Below are positions 12,585 to 26,608 of a stretch of DNA of 64,000 nucleotides, piece after piece. The DNA comes from Hemiscyllium ocellatum (lineage: Eukaryota). The DNA is taken from NCBI RefSeq assembly GCF_020745735.1, contig NC_083449.1:5926923-5990922 (forward strand), read 5' to 3'. How positions within the stretch are numbered: position 1 is the stretch's first letter; each line of letters begins with the position of its first letter. A program made the position numbers and the translations under genes. The notes beneath the pieces were generated by a model, which had not been told where the DNA came from, did not search any database, and was given only the letters and a program-made list of their open reading frames with translations.

Positions 12585-13595
12585 ACAGGCTGCTGAAGAA
12601 GGCATACAGAATGCGTTTTTTTCAGTACCTGAGCTGTTGAATATAAGAGCAAGGAAGTCTTATTCCACCTTTATAAAAGAGATCAAATACTGTGTGCAGT
12701 TCTGATTACCACACAATTAGAAGGGTGGGATTGGCTGGAGGGGATGCAGTGGGTTGGAAAGCCTCCGTCAAAAGGGGAGACTGTATGAGCTGGGTTTGGT
12801 TTCCTCTGAGCAGAGGTGGTTGAGGAAGGATCTGACTGAGATATACAACATTGTGAAAGATGCAGACAAAGTAGATTGTGAGAATCTTTCTCCTCATGGC
12901 AGATATGTCTGAGACCAGAGAATACAAGTTGAAGGTGCAGGGAAAGCAGTTTAGGGAATATCTAAGAAAAATATTTTGATCTAGAGGGTGGGTAAAGTTT
13001 GGATCATGCTGCCCGAGTGTGTGGTGGAATACTCTCACAGCTTGGAAAGAAGCATCTGGATATGCCCTTAAGAAACCAGGGCATAGTCCGCTATGGGCCA
13101 AGTGCAGGTAAATGGGATGAATGCAGTTTGCTGTTTGTTGGACATCATGGACATGGTGGGTTGAAGGATCTGTTTCTATGCTGTATGACTCCATATCTCT
13201 ATAACATGCTTGTATATCTTTTCTGCACCATCTCAAGTTTAACAATACCCTTCCTGGAGAAGGGTGATGAGCGTTGCACACAATCTCCTAAAAGTGGCAT
13301 CACTAATGTCCTGTACAGCTACCAGATGACATCCCAACTCCTACACTCAATGTTCTGACCAATGAAGGCAAGCATGCCAAATGCGTTCTTCACCGCCCTG
13401 TCTACCTGTGACTCTACTTTCAAGGAAATATGCAGCTGCACCCAGAGGTCGCTTTGTTCAGCAACACTCGCCAAGGCCCCGCCATTAAGTGTATAAGTCC
13501 TGCCCTGTATCGTCCCACCAAAATCTAACACCTCACATGTATCTAAAAGAAACTGCATCTGTCACTTCTTAGCTCACTGACCCACCTGATCAAGG
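12585..13595. mobile_element. Two CR1 3' fragments in opposite orientation (+ to ~13200, - from ~13235)
   Basis: HER1-like tail and SLKVESQVDRAVK remnant. Confidence 0.7.
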
Positions 13596-13652
13596 TCATA
13601 ATTTGTTTATTTTTTCAGTGCACAGTGATATAATTATTTGAAGACTGTTGAA

Positions 13653-13956
13653 GGGAGGTCGGTGGCTCAGTGGTTACCACTGCTGCCTCACAACCAGGGT
13701 CCCAGGATCGATTCTAGCCTTGGGCAACTGTGTGTGGAGTTTGTACATTTTCCCTGTGTCTGCGTGCATTTCCTCCTGGTGCTCCGGTTTCCTCCCACAG
13801 TCTAAAGGTCAGGTGAATTGGCCATGCTAGATAGACCATAGTGTTAGGTGCATTAGTCAGAGGGAAATGGGCCTGGGTGGTTCCTCTTCGGAGGGTCGGT
13901 GTGGACAGTTTGGACAGAAGGGCCAGTTTCCACACGGTAGGGAATTTAATCTAATC
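13653..13956 (+). mobile_element. HE1-type SINE
   Basis: tRNA-like head and V-SINE core. Confidence 0.85.
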
Positions 13957-14199
13957 AAAAGGTAGGTGTTAATTACCCTCCACTGTATTGTAATGGCGTT
14001 CACCATCGTTCAGACACTTGTGTAGCTCTATGGAGGGGAGGAGGAAGGCAGTAGGACTTTGATTTTCTTTCATGCAGTATGGAAATTGGAACAGCCAAAC
14101 TAATTTTTTTTTGAAGAATGAAACATTTGAACTCTTCTCGTAAAAAGATAAATGAGCAGCTTTAGGAATCTATGTTATCTTGTGAGGAGTTACTGAGAG

Positions 14200-14774
14200 A
14201 TAGTCACACATCAGGTAGAAGAAGAAAGGCCAATGGATTACTGTCAGGCGGCTGAACGGGAACCAGCAGACACTGCAGGGATCCACTGTGGCCATTCCCC
14301 TTAATAACAAGTGTAATGTTTTGGATACTGTTAGTGGTGGTGGTGGTGTTGGGGGGTGGAGGGGGTGGGGAGGAGGATGTGGGGAAACATGTCAATGGTA
14401 AGCCACAGGGTACAGGTCTCTGGCACAGAGTCTGTCCCTGTTGCTCAGAAGGGAAGGGGGAGAGGAAGACTGCATTCGTCATTGGGATCTCCATAGTTAA
14501 AGGGACATATAGGAAGTTCTGTGGGAGCGAGACAGACTCACGGTTGGTGTATTGCCTCCTAGATGCCAGGGTTCTTGATGTCTCACATCGAGTTTTCAGG
14601 ATCCTTGAAGGGGAGGGGGAGCTGCCCCAAGTTGTGGTCCACATACATACTAACAACATAGGTAGGAAAAGGGATGGGGATTTAAGGCAGAAAGTCAGGG
14701 AGCTAGGGTGGAAGCTTGGAGCTAGAACAAACAGAGTTGTTATCTCTGGTTTGTTCCCTATGCCACATGATAGC

Positions 14775-14814
<40 letters not shown>

Positions 14815-16970
14815 TGAACACGTGACTAAAGGGATGGTGTGGGAGGGAGAGTTTTGGATACCTCAATAATTGGGGTAGGTGAGACTTCTACAAAAATTAT
14901 GGTCTACACCTGAAGCAAAGTGATGCCAATATCCTAGGGGATGTTTGCTAATGCTCTTCGGGAGGGTTTAAACAAATTCAGTAGGGGGCTGGGAATCTAA
15001 ATTGTAGTTCCCGTGTCCGGAGCTTGAGCGTAGTTAGGTCAGAAATATGGTTTCAATGTCACAAATGTGCACCAGCAAGCAGGAAGGTGGTTTGAAGTGT
15101 GTCTACCTTAACGCCAGGAGCATCCAGAATAAGTGGGCGAACTTGCAGCATAGGTTGGTACCTAGGATATTGCTGTTGCCGCCATTTTGGAGACATGGAT
15201 CGAGCAGGGAAAGGAATGGTTGTCATAAATTCCAGGATTTCGATGTTTCACTAAGAACAGAGGTGGTGGTAAAAAAAGAGGGGGAAGTGGGGCATTGTTA
15301 GTCAAGGACAGTATTATGGTGGCAGAAAGGATGTTTGAGGACTTTTCTAATGAGGTAGCATGGACTGAGGTTAGAAATAGGAAAGGAGAGGTCGCCCTGT
15401 TGGGAATTTTCTATAGGCCTCAGAATAGATCCAGACATGTAGAGGAAAGGATTGTAAAGATGATTCTGGATAGGAGCAGTGTAACAGCATAGTTGTTATG
15501 GGGAACTTTAACTTTCAAACTATTGACTGGAAATACTATATGTTGAGTACTTCAGATGGGTCAGTTTTCGTCCAATGTGTGCAGAAGGGTTTCCTGAAAC
15601 AGTATGTAGCCAGACCAACCAGGGTCAGGGCCATAACGGATGTGGTACTGGGTAATGTACCAGCCAGGTGTTAGATTTGGAGGTAGGTGAGTACTTTGGT
15701 GAGAGTGACCACAATTCAGTTATGTCTACTTTATGAATGAAAGGGGGATCTGTTTATACTGCAGGGCAAGATTTATAACTGGGAGAAAAGGCAATTATGA
15801 TGCAATTAGACAAGATTTATGATGCATAGGATAGGGAAGGAAACTGCAGGGGATAGGCAAAATTGAAATGTGGAGCTTATTCAAGGGATAGCTACTGCGT
15901 GTCCTTGATTGGCATGTACCTGTCAGGCAGGGAGGAAGTGGGTGACTGAGGGAGCCATGGTTTACTAAGAAAGTTGATCTCTTGTCAAGAGGAAGGCAGC
16001 GGCTTATGTTAGGATGAGATGGTGCAGTTAGGGCGCTTGAGAGTTACAAGCTAGCCAGGAAAGTCCTAAAGAGAGAATTAAGAAGAGCCAGGAGAGGACA
16101 AGAGAAGTCTTTGGCAGAAAGAATCAAGGAAAACCATAAAACTGGAAAAAGACAATGTTGTTGAGGCTAATACTGAGATACAGGCCACTAGATGAGATAG
16201 GATATGGGTTCACAAGGAGGAGGTGTTAGCAATTCTGGAAAATGTGAATGTAGATAATCTATGGGCTAGATGTGATTTATCTTAGGATTCTCTGGGAAGC
16301 CAGGGAGGAGATTGCAGAGCCTTTGTCTTTGATCATTAGGTCATCATTGTTTACAAGAATTGTGCCAGAAGATTGGAAGGTAACAAATGTTGTCCCCTTG
16401 TTCAAGAGGGGAGTAGAGATCACCCTGGTAATTATGGACCAGTAAGCCTTACTTTGGTTGTAGGTAAAGTGTTGAAAAAGACTCGAAGAGACAGGATTTA
16501 TAATCATCTCGATAGGAATAAGGTGGTTAGGAACAGTCAATATGGTTTTGTGAAGGGTAGGTCGTGCCTCACAAATCTTATTGAGTTCTTTGAGAAGGTG
16601 ACCAAACAGGTGAATGAGGGGAAAGCAGTTGATGCAGTGTATATGGATTTCAGTAAAGTATTAGATAAGGTGTTTTTAATAATTTTTCCAATGGTAGGCT
16701 ACTGCACAAAATTTGGACGCATGGGAATGAGGGTGATTTACCAGTTTGGTTCAGAAATTGGCTAGCTGGAAGAAGCCACAGGGTGGTGATTGGTGGGAAA
16801 TATTCATCTTGGAGTTCAGTTACTAGTGGTATAAAGCAAGGATCTGTTTTGGGTCCACTGATGTTTATCATTTTTATAAATGACCTGGATGAGGGTGTAG
16901 AAGGATGGGTTAGTAAATTTGCAGATGACACGGAGGCTGGTGGAGTTGTGGACAGTGCTGAAGGATATTG
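14200..16970 (+). mobile_element. Degraded CR1/HER1-like LINE, including ORF1 esterase-like domain and ORF2
   Basis: ORF1 remnant FVIGISIVKG...VVVHIHTNNIG (SGNH-like); LKCVYLNARSI, FYRP, NYGPVSLT, KFADDT; followed by an inverted CR1 piece at ~16971-17410. Confidence 0.85.
14780..14810 (+). repeat. (GA)n microsatellite
   Basis: About 15 GA units. Confidence 0.95.
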
Positions 16971-18559
16971 CAATGCTATTCCTTATCAAAAATCCCGCTT
17001 TCCTTCTTCTCTTGCCTCCCTTTCTGTCCTGTAGCATTTACATCCTAGAACATTAGGCTGCCAGTCCTGTCCATCCCTGAGCCATGTTTCTGTAATTGCT
17101 ATGATATTGCAGTCCGATGTTCCTAACCATGCCCTGAATTCATCTGCCTTCCCTGTTAGGCCTCGTGCATTGAAATGAATGCAGTTTAATTATCTGCCTT
17201 GTTCCCGGCTTTGTCCCTGCTTGCCTGAACTGTTTGACTCGCCTTTGTTCTCAACTGTACCAGTTTCAGATTGATCTCTTTCCTCACCATTTCTCTGGGT
17301 CCCACCCCCACCTTACTAGTTTAAATCCTCCCGAGCAGTTCTAGCAAATCTCCCTGCCAGTATATTAGCCCCCTTCCAATTTAAGTGCAATCCATCCTTC
17401 TTGCACAGTTCTTTTCTTTACTCAGAGAATAATTGAGGCATGGAATATTCTGCCTGCAACTGTAGTAGACTTGCCAACTTTAAGGGCTTTTAAATGTTCA
17501 TTGGATAAACATATGCATGAAAATGCAATACTATACTGCACTGTCATGTTCTAGGTTCTATTATCTCACTAAATCTTCTCTACTATTGTTTCAAATTACG
17601 ATTATGTGATTGCATTGGGTATTTGAGAGAATGGTATTGAGTTTTCTTGGACTTTATATCAGACTTCATAGGAATGCAGGGCTATTTGGAGAAGATGAAA
17701 GCTAATCTGAAACAATGGCACAAGATGCCTTTTTGATGAAGACAGAGTCATAAAAAATCTGTTCCTGCAAGTTGGAGAAATGGAGAATGATGTTGTGCTA
17801 AAGGTGGGGATGGCAGCTCCTCTGCCACCATGATACATTGATGGAAATGGGATGCTGTCTGAGTGGGAGTAGAATTGTTAGCTGGATGTCTCTGACTGCT
17901 GCAGACCACAATGACTTCATATGAAAGTGATACTACTTTTCGATTTTATCATTTTCTGTTGTCTGCAGTGTATATGGAACTCCATAACTGTTAATCCTGC
18001 TCTGCAGTTATGATGTTTGTATTTTGAACTAATTCTCAATTAGTCAGTTGCTGTGTCTGTGCCTGCAATAATTATTCTCTATTGTCAGGAATAAAAACAG
18101 AAATTCCTGGAGAAACTCAGTTCTGAATAACAGTTACTAACCCCAAAACATTAACTCTGCTTTCTCTCCACACGTGCTGCCAGACACGCTGAGTTTGTTT
18201 TAAGCACTTTCTCCTTTTGTTTCCAGCCTCCAGCATCTGCAGTTTTATTTGTCAGGCTTTGGCACAGAATGGGTGTTTGGCATTCACATTATTTAATTGG
18301 CATGTGACTATATATGACAACTATTCATTAAAGGGTTAACTCTGTCCTGCCCAATCACTAATAAACTTGCCCAAACACTGCTTCATCCTGTAAATTGGTG
18401 ACTTTTGTCTGGTTTCCTTCTATCTCTGTTTTAACATTTGTATTATATATAGTTTTTGAAATGATGTTACAGTCTGATTTTCTTTTCCATCTTGATTTTA
18501 ACTTTAAAAATGTTATTGTAATGTAGATTTAATGCCTTTGCTGGGCATCTATTTCAGAT

Positions 18560-21500
18560 AAGAATTCTGAGAAATGGTATAAATATCAATGGACTTGACA
18601 ATATTAGGCAAGAACTTTCAAACTTTGATTGGCAGCAAATGCTCGCAGGTAAAGGGATGGCTGGAAAATGGGAAACCTTTAAAAATGAGATAACAAAGAG
18701 TCCAGAGACAGTCTGTTCCTGTTAAGGTGAACGGAAAGTGTAGAGAATGCTGGATGACAGAGGTAATGAGGTTTTGGTCCGGAGAAAGGAGAAAACATAT
18801 GTCAAACATAGACAGCAGAGATCAAGTGATTCCTTAGAAGAGAAAAAGGCAGTAGGAGTATAATTAAGAGGGAAATCAGGAGGGCAAAATGGGGACATGA
18901 GATAACTTTGGCAGACAGGGTTAAGGAAAATGCCAAGGGATTTTATGAATACATTAAGGACAAAAGGGTAACTAGGGAGAGATTAGGGCCCCTCAAAGAT
19001 CAGCAAGGCGGCCTTTGTGTGGAAGCACAGAAGATGGAGAAGATACAAAAAGAGTATTTTGCATCACTGTTTACTGTGGAGAAGGACATGGAAGATATAG
19101 AATGTAGGGAAATAGATGGTGACATCTTGAAAGATGTTCATATTACAGAGGAAGTAGTACTGGATGTCTTGAAACGCATAAAGATGGATAAATCCCCAGG
19201 ACCTGATCAGGCATATCCTAGAACTCTGTCAGAAGTTACCAAAGTGATTGCTGTGTCCCTTGCCGGGATATTTTTATCAGGATAGTCACAGATGAGGTGT
19301 CCGAAGACTAGAGGTTGGCTAACGTGATGCTACTATTTAAGAAAGATGGTAAGGAAAAACCAGGGAACTTTAGGCTGGTAAGCCTGCCATCGGTGTTGAG
19401 CAACATGTTGGAGCGACAGAATTTATACGTATGTTGAAAGGCAAGGACTGATTCGGGCCAGTGAAAATGGCTTTGTGCGTGGGAAACCATGACTCACAAT
19501 TTCAATTGAGTTTTCTGAAGAAGTAATGAAGAGGATTTCCCCATGGGACAATGGTTAGCAAGGTTAGATCTCATGGAATACAGGGAGAACTCGCCACTTG
19601 GAGACAGATCTGGCTCAAAAGGTAGAAGACAGAGGGTGGTAGTGGAGGGTTGTTTTTCAGACTGGAGGCCTGTGACAGGTGGAGTGCTAAAAGGATCGGT
19701 GCTGGGTTCACTACTTTTTGCTGTTTATATAAATGATTTGGATGTGAGCATAGGAGGTACAGTTAGTAAGTTTGCAGGTGACACCAAAATTGGAAGTGTA
19801 GTGGACAGTGAAGAAGGTTACCTCAAGTTGCAATGGAATCTTGACCAGATGGGCCAATGGGGTGAGGAGAAGCAGATGGAGTTTAATTCAGATAAATGCA
19901 AAGTGCTGCATTCTGGGTAAACAAATCTTAGCAAGACTTATACACTTAATGGCAAGGTCCGAGGGAGTGTTGCTGAACAAAGAGACCTTGGAGTGCAGGT
20001 GCATAGTTCGTTGAAAGTGGAATCGCAGGTAGATAGGATAGTGAAGAAGGAGTTTTGTATGCTTTCCTTTATTGGTCAGAGTATTGAGTACATTTTGCAG
20101 CTGTACAGGACATTGGTTCAGCCATTTTTGGAATATTGTGTACAGTTCTGGTCTCCTTCCTATCAAAAGGATGCTGTGCAGAAAAGATTTACAAGAATGT
20201 TGCCAGGGTTGGAGGATTTGAGCTAGAAGGAGAAGTTGAATAGGCTGGGGCAGTTTTCCCTGGAGCATCGGAGGCTGACGAATGACCTCTTAGAGGTTTA
20301 TAAAACCATGAGGGGCATGGATAGGAGAAATAGACAAGGTATGTTCCCTGGGATGGGGGAGTCCAGAATAAGAGGGCACAGGTTTAGTGTGAGATGGAAA
20401 TGATATAAAAGAGACCTAAGTAGCAAGGCTTTCATGCAGAGGGTAGTAGATGCATGGAATGAAATGCCAGAGGAAGTGGTGGGGGCTAGTACAATTGCAA
20501 ATTTTAAAAAGCATCTGAATTCATATATGAATAGGAAGTGTTTGGAGGGATATGGACTGGACGCTGGCATGTGGGACTAGATTGGGTTGGGATAGCTGGT
20601 CGGCATAGACAAGTTAGACAGAAGGGTCTGTTTCGTGCATACGTCTCTTTGACTCAATGATTGATGAGAGTAGAGCAGTGGACGTGATCTATGTGGACTT
20701 CATGAAGACATTTAACAAGTTTCTACATTGTCGACTGGTTAGCAAGTTTAGATCACATGAAAATTGGAGAGTACTAGCAATTTGGACACCGAGGGTGGTG
20801 GAGAAGGGTTACCTTTCAGACTGGAGATCAGTCATGAGCACAAGGATTGGTGCTGGGTCACTGCTTTTCATCACTTATATGAATGATTTGAAGGTGAACA
20901 TAAAAGGTTTGCAGATGGCACCAAAATTCGCATAGTAGTGGACAGCAAAGAAGGTTCCCTCAGAGTACAACAGGATCATGATCAGATGGGCCACTGGGCT
21001 GACCAGTGGCAGATGGAGTTTAATTCAGATAAATTTGAGGTGCTTCATTTTGGAAAGGCAAATCAAGGCAGGAGTTATACACTAAATGGTAAGGTCATGG
21101 GGAGTAATGCTGACCAAAAAGACCATGGAGTGCAGGTTCATAGTTCCTTGAAAGTAGAATCGCTGGTCGATAGGATAATGCAGAAGGCATTTAGTATGCT
21201 GTTCTTTATTGGTCCGAACATAGAATATAGGGGTTCGGATGTCATGTTGCGACTATACAGGTAATTGGTTCGGCCGCTTTTGGAATATTGTGTGCAATTC
21301 TGGTCTCCTCCCTATCAGAAGGATGTTGTGAAACATGAACCATTTAGAAAAGATTACAAGATTGTTACCAGGGTTGGAGTATTTGAGCGAAAGGGTCAGG
21401 CTGAAGAGGCTGAGGGGTGACCTTATAGAAGTTTATAAAATCAGGAGGGTCATGGATAGGTTAAATAGACAAGGTATTTTCCCTGAGGTGGGGGAGTCCA

Positions 21501-21820
21501 GAACTTGAGGGCACAGGTTTCATGTGAGAGCGAAAAGATTTAAAAGAGACATAAGGGGCAGCGATTTAATGTAGGTGGTGGTGTGTATTTGGAATGAGCT
21601 TCCAGAGGAAGTAGTGGAGGCTGGAATAATTCCAACATTTGAAAGGCATCTGGATGCTTACATGAATAGGAATGGTTTAGTGGGATATGGGCCAAGTGTT
21701 GGCAAACGGCACTAGTGCTGCCAAACGGGACAAGATTAGTTTTGGATATCTGATTGGCATGGATGGTCAGACCGAATGGTCTGCTTCTGTGGTGTACATC
21801 TTTGTAATTCTATGGCTGTG
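18560..21820 (+). mobile_element. Two tandem 5'-truncated CR1/HER1-like LINE fragments (junction ~20655)
   Basis: DKSPGPD, WRPVTGGV, FAGDTKIG, LEYCVQFWSP motifs; two HER1-type 3' tails. Confidence 0.88.
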
Positions 21821-22013
21821 AATTATAACAATTATTGGCAAATGGGGAAATGTACATAAAGAATGGTGAGGGAGAAAAGAAATTGTAATTCCTCTATGAT
21901 ATTTGACTCTTGATTTGAAAATTTCTCTCTGGAAATTGAGTCAATGTGTGTTTAATTCAATCTGCTCTGTAACTATGGAAAGGATGTTCTTCAGTCTGAC
22001 TGCAGTAACATAC

Positions 22014-22095
22014 CTGCTGTTTGTTAGAAGGAACTGATCACACTTGGCTTTGTACCAAGGACATATTACACTATCTTGGTCCTTCAAGTAATTGT
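22014..22095 (-). other. 82-nt repeated exon, copy 2
   Basis: Acceptor ttctgtcttcctccag, donor CAG|gtatgt. Confidence 0.6.
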
Positions 22096-22359
22096 CTGGA
22101 GGAAGACAGAAGAGACATCATTTATAAATCAACATTAAGTCAATGTAATAATTTAATAATCATTAGGCTGTTTTTCCTTCAAGACAGCAATTCCAACAGG
22201 ACCAGAGGGTTAATTCTATTTTCGGCTTGAGCTGCTCTTTGGTGATTGTATCAAAAAAATCTGTACCAATTCGCTGAGAACCAGATACTAACCAACACCT
22301 CTAGAAATGGGATAATCTAATGCAAGTGCGTATCTGGATATGAAAGTTTCCTAATCTAT

Positions 22360-22960
22360 CCATAGCTGTCAGTTCCTGCTCCGTGAATGTGTGAAGACAA
22401 TTATCAACATATATTTGTTAAATGCTGCTCTGTGAATACGAGTCTAAATTATCAAACTATAATTATCATTCCATATAATCTGCGCAAATATGCGAGTGAA
22501 TGCAGTTATCAATGTGTCCCTGTCACTCTCTGGTAAATATATTTACATTTTTTCATCATAGAGAAAAGTAGCAACATACTGATAACTACACTCATACATT
22601 CACGTAGCATAAACCGACAGGCGTAGATTGATAACTGAACTCCTGAATCCACAGAGAGGAAACTGCTAGGGACTGGTTGATAAATACATATCATACATTT
22701 TAAATAAATAGGATCAGTCCCTATGTGTTTCTTCGATTATGGATATGCGAGTTTAGTTATTTATATATACCTGTCAGTTTCTGCCCTGCGAATGTTTGCT
22801 TACCGATCTATCCCTAACAGTCTCTGCTGTTTGTTTGAGTGTAGTTATCAACCTGAAACTGTCAGTTTCAGCTATGAGAACGTGAGTTTCACTATTAGTC
22901 TCTACCTGTCAGTTTCCACTGTACGAATATTAAATGCAGTCATCAATTTGTACCTAATGT
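22360..22960 (+). repeat. 47-49-bp minisatellite array with a small internal inversion (~22560-22700)
   Basis: Same consensus. Confidence 0.75.
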
Positions 22961-22993
22961 GAATATAAGAGCACTTATCAGTTAGAATGATAA

Positions 22994-23467
22994 AGTGACT
23001 TTAAAAGGTGTATTTTGTCCTGTCCACAGTAGTTAACATACAAAGCAAGAAAGAAGGAATTGGAATAACTTAACTCTATTGGAAAACTTAACAGAATAAT
23101 GGGCACTGTAACTCATCCTAATTAACTGTTCCAATATTATCCCATAAACATTGTTGGCAAAAGACAAATTAAATAAAACAGATAGTCTCATATCTGACTC
23201 CAGTAGCAGAAAGAGAATCTGCAGCTTCTGACTGTAACTGAGCGGGGAAAACTAGCTTTTCCATCTTCAGCACACCGACAGTTTTGGTGAAAGCCAAAAC
23301 TAAAATTGTCATTCTGTGAGAGCTTGACCACACCCATTCAGGCCGCTTCTGTTGTTCCAACTTTAAAAGTAGCCTCAAACTGTTTACTCGAGTGCAGACT
23401 TCTCAACACTTTTGCCATAAAACCTCACTTCAAGAAGGAAGAGCAAAATAAACATCTTAAAGCCACA
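22994..23467. mobile_element. Probable degraded solo LTR
   Basis: Termini (A/T)GTGACTTTAA...TTAAAGCCACA; 4-bp TSD ATAA; related shorter copy at ~25018-25289. Confidence 0.5.
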
Positions 23468-23489
23468 ATAATACCAAACCTTCCACCCC

Positions 23490-24850
23490 TCTTAAAAAGA
23501 ACCCATCAATACCCTTCCACTCACACTCATTTGGTGGGCTGAACTGGTCCTCACCCTCAACAATTTCTCCTTCTAATACTCCCATTTTCTCCAGACCAAA
23601 AGGGTAGCTACGGGCACCGGTATGGGCCCCAGATCTGCCTGTCTCTTTGTCGGCTACCTAGAACAGTCCATCTTCCATAGTTACTCCGGCACCACTCCCC
23701 ATCTCTTCCTCCGCTACATTGATGACTGCACTGGGGCCACCTCGTGCTCCCACACAGAAGTTGAGCAGTTCATCAACTTCACCAACACATTCCACCCCGA
23801 TCATAAATTCACCTGAACCATCTCTGACACCTTCTTCCTCTTCCTGGACCTCTCCATCTCCATTAATGACGACCGACATGGTACTGACATTTTTCACAAA
23901 TGCACCGACTCCCACAGCTACCTGGATTACACCTCTTCCTACCTTACCTCCTGCAAAAATGCCATCTTGTATTCCCAATTCCTCTGCTTCCACTGTATCT
24001 GCTCCCAGTTCCACCACAAAACACACTAGATGGCCTCCTTCTTTAGAGATCGCAATTTCCCTTCTCACGTGGTAGAAGACGCCCTCCAATGCATCTCATC
24101 CACGTCCCGTACCTCCGCCCTCAAACCCTCACCCCTCCAACCATAACAAGGACAGAACCCCCGGTCCTCACCTTCCACCCTACCAACCTTCACGTTAACC
24201 ATATCATCCACCGACATTTCCATCACCTCCAAACCGTCCCCACCACCAGAGATATATTTCCCTCCCCATCCCTTTCCGCCTTCCGCAAAGACTGTTCCCT
24301 CCGTGACTACCTGGTCAGGTCCACCCCCCCACCCCCCTCCACAAGAACCCACCCTCCCGACCTGGCACCTTCCCCTTTCACCACAGGAATTGTAAAACCT
24401 ACGCCCACACCTCCTCCCTCACCAAATCCAAGGCCCCAAAGGAGCCTTCCACATCCATCAAAGTTTCATCAATATCATTTATTGTATCTGTTGCTCCCGA
24501 TGCAGTCTCCTCTATATTGGGGTGACTGGACGCCTCCTCACAGCGCGCTTCAGGGAACATCTTCGGGATACCCACACCAATCAACCCCACCACCCCATGG
24601 CCCAACATTTCAACTCCCCCTCCCACTCTGCCGAGGACATGGAGGTCCTGGGCCTCCTTCACCACCGCTCTCTCACCACCCGACACCTAGAGGGGGAATA
24701 CCTCATCTTCCGCCTCGGAACACTTCAACCCCACTTTTGCCCGAAACATCGATTTTCCTGCTCCTCAGATGCTGCCTGATCTGCTGTGCTTTTCCAGCAC
24801 CACTCTGATCTAAACTCTGGTTTCCAGCATCTGCAGTCCTCACTTTTGCC
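23490..24850 (+). mobile_element. Penelope-like element (family 1), degraded
   Basis: LVLTLNNFSF, GTGMGP, FLRYIDD, RFREHLRD...QHFNSPSHS; pLTR tail. Confidence 0.88.
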
Positions 24851-26526
24851 TAATATACGGGAATGGCCTAATTTTTAAAAAATCTTTACCCTTACATTAT
24901 TAATACATAATACATATACATTTCAGTGACTCTAAGCATATAAACATTCACAATGACAGTCCATGTTTTCCTGCTATGAAACGTTTCCATCTTTTGTCAT
25001 CAAAGTTATGACAACACCGTGGCAATTTGGTTCTCTTGTCCTGTCATGTACATAATTTGCAAAATTAAATGGCTGAGATAATAAGCTTCATCTAAACAGT
25101 TTGTAATTTTTATTCTTAAATTTCTCTAAAAACAACAAACCCAAGGTCTCCTTCTCAAACATGAAGTATTTCTGTTGATGAGTCTTCAGTTTTCTGTAAA
25201 GATAGAAGCCTCAAACTGTTTGGTCTAGTGGCTCGGTGTCTCTGCCTCAAAATTGCTCTTCAAGGACAAAATAAACCTCTTAAAGCCACAGTCTCATCAC
25301 ACAGTCTCCATCTCTCACTTCCTGCATTGTGAATATGAAAATTCATTTATCGACCTGTACCTGTCCATTCTTGTCACATGAACATGTAAGTGTTGTCATT
25401 AAGGTGTCCCCGTAAGTTATTGCAATTCAAGCGGGTGACTGTTGTTATAAATCTAATCTCTCAGTTTCTGCTGTGTGAATGTGAGTTTAGTTATCAATCT
25501 GTATTTGTCAATTTCTGCTAGGTGTAAAAGTGCGAGTGTCAATATATGACTGTCAGACTTTGTTCTATGAATAGTTATCAAACTGTACCTGTCAGTTCAT
25601 GTTCTGTGAAATCGGAGTGTTATCAACTTGTTCCTGTCAGTTTCTGCATTGTGAATATGGGAGTGCACTTATTAATCTTTCTCAGACAGTTACTATTGTG
25701 TAAAAGTGAGTGTGTATTTAGCAATCAGTTGTCTACCTGTCAGTTTCCGACATCTGAACGTACTTTTAGCTATCATAACGTACCGGTCAGTTTGTTTTTA
25801 TCTCTGTGAATGAGAGTGTCACCTTCAGTCTCTACCTGACAGCAATTGAGTTTGGTTATTGATCTCTAATGCCACTTTCTGATAGGTGAACATTTGAGCA
25901 CAGTTATTCATCTGTACATGATACTTTCTGATATCTGAATATGAAAGTGTAGTTGTCAACCCACTCCTGTTGGTATGTGCAATGAAAATAAGAGAGTATA
26001 TATCACGTTGTGTCATGCAAACACCCGAGTTACAAATCTATCCATGGCAGTGCTCGCAAACATGTGTATGCGCGTGTGTCTGCCCTGTCAATATGTGTGT
26101 TGTCATTTGGCCTGTTTCTGAAAAGTGAACGACTGAACAAAGGTATTAATGCATGCTTGTCAGTTTCTATTTGGTAAAGGGACACGTATCTCTCTGGCAG
26201 CCACTAAAATTCTCGGTGAGGGTGTGATTCGTTATGTGATACTTGTCATGAGGGTGACCTTAGGCAGATCTGTTTCAGTTCGTAAGTGCATATTTTGGAC
26301 AAGAATTCAGACTTTCCCGTTTTAAAATTGTGCAAATATCAATGAGCTGTGAATGGTAAATTTGTTCAAACTGAACACATGTGCATTGTGAATTGTTAGA
26401 ACAGAACAAATTGATATTTTCTCAGTTGTTTGAACATCTCTCTCTCAAACTGAGTTCAACGAGTAGCTGACCCAATCTGCTCTGACTGTGGAAAGGATGT
26501 TCTTCGCTCTGACAGCAGTAACATAC

Positions 26527-26608
26527 CTGCTGTTTGCTAGGAGCAGCTGGTCACACTTGTCTCTGCACCGAGAGAATATTACATTATCTTGGTCCTTCAA
26601 GTATTTGC
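26527..26608 (-). other. 82-nt repeated exon, copy 3
   Basis: Acceptor ttctgtctttcttcag, donor CAG|gtatgt. Confidence 0.6.

Larger units (their letters stand above)
17420..22960 (+). repeat. Left arm of inverted segmental duplication
   Basis: Colinear reverse-complement match to ~55075-58990, including non-TE sequence, exon copies 2/6 and the same internal minisatellite inversion. Confidence 0.85.

Noticed and set aside
17600-17930. Protein-like ORF remnant, mirrored at ~58480-58780
   Set aside because: Broken frames loosely resemble an ancient L1-type ORF2 (FLGLYI, KANLKQW, KGG..LP); too weak to call and not a host gene.
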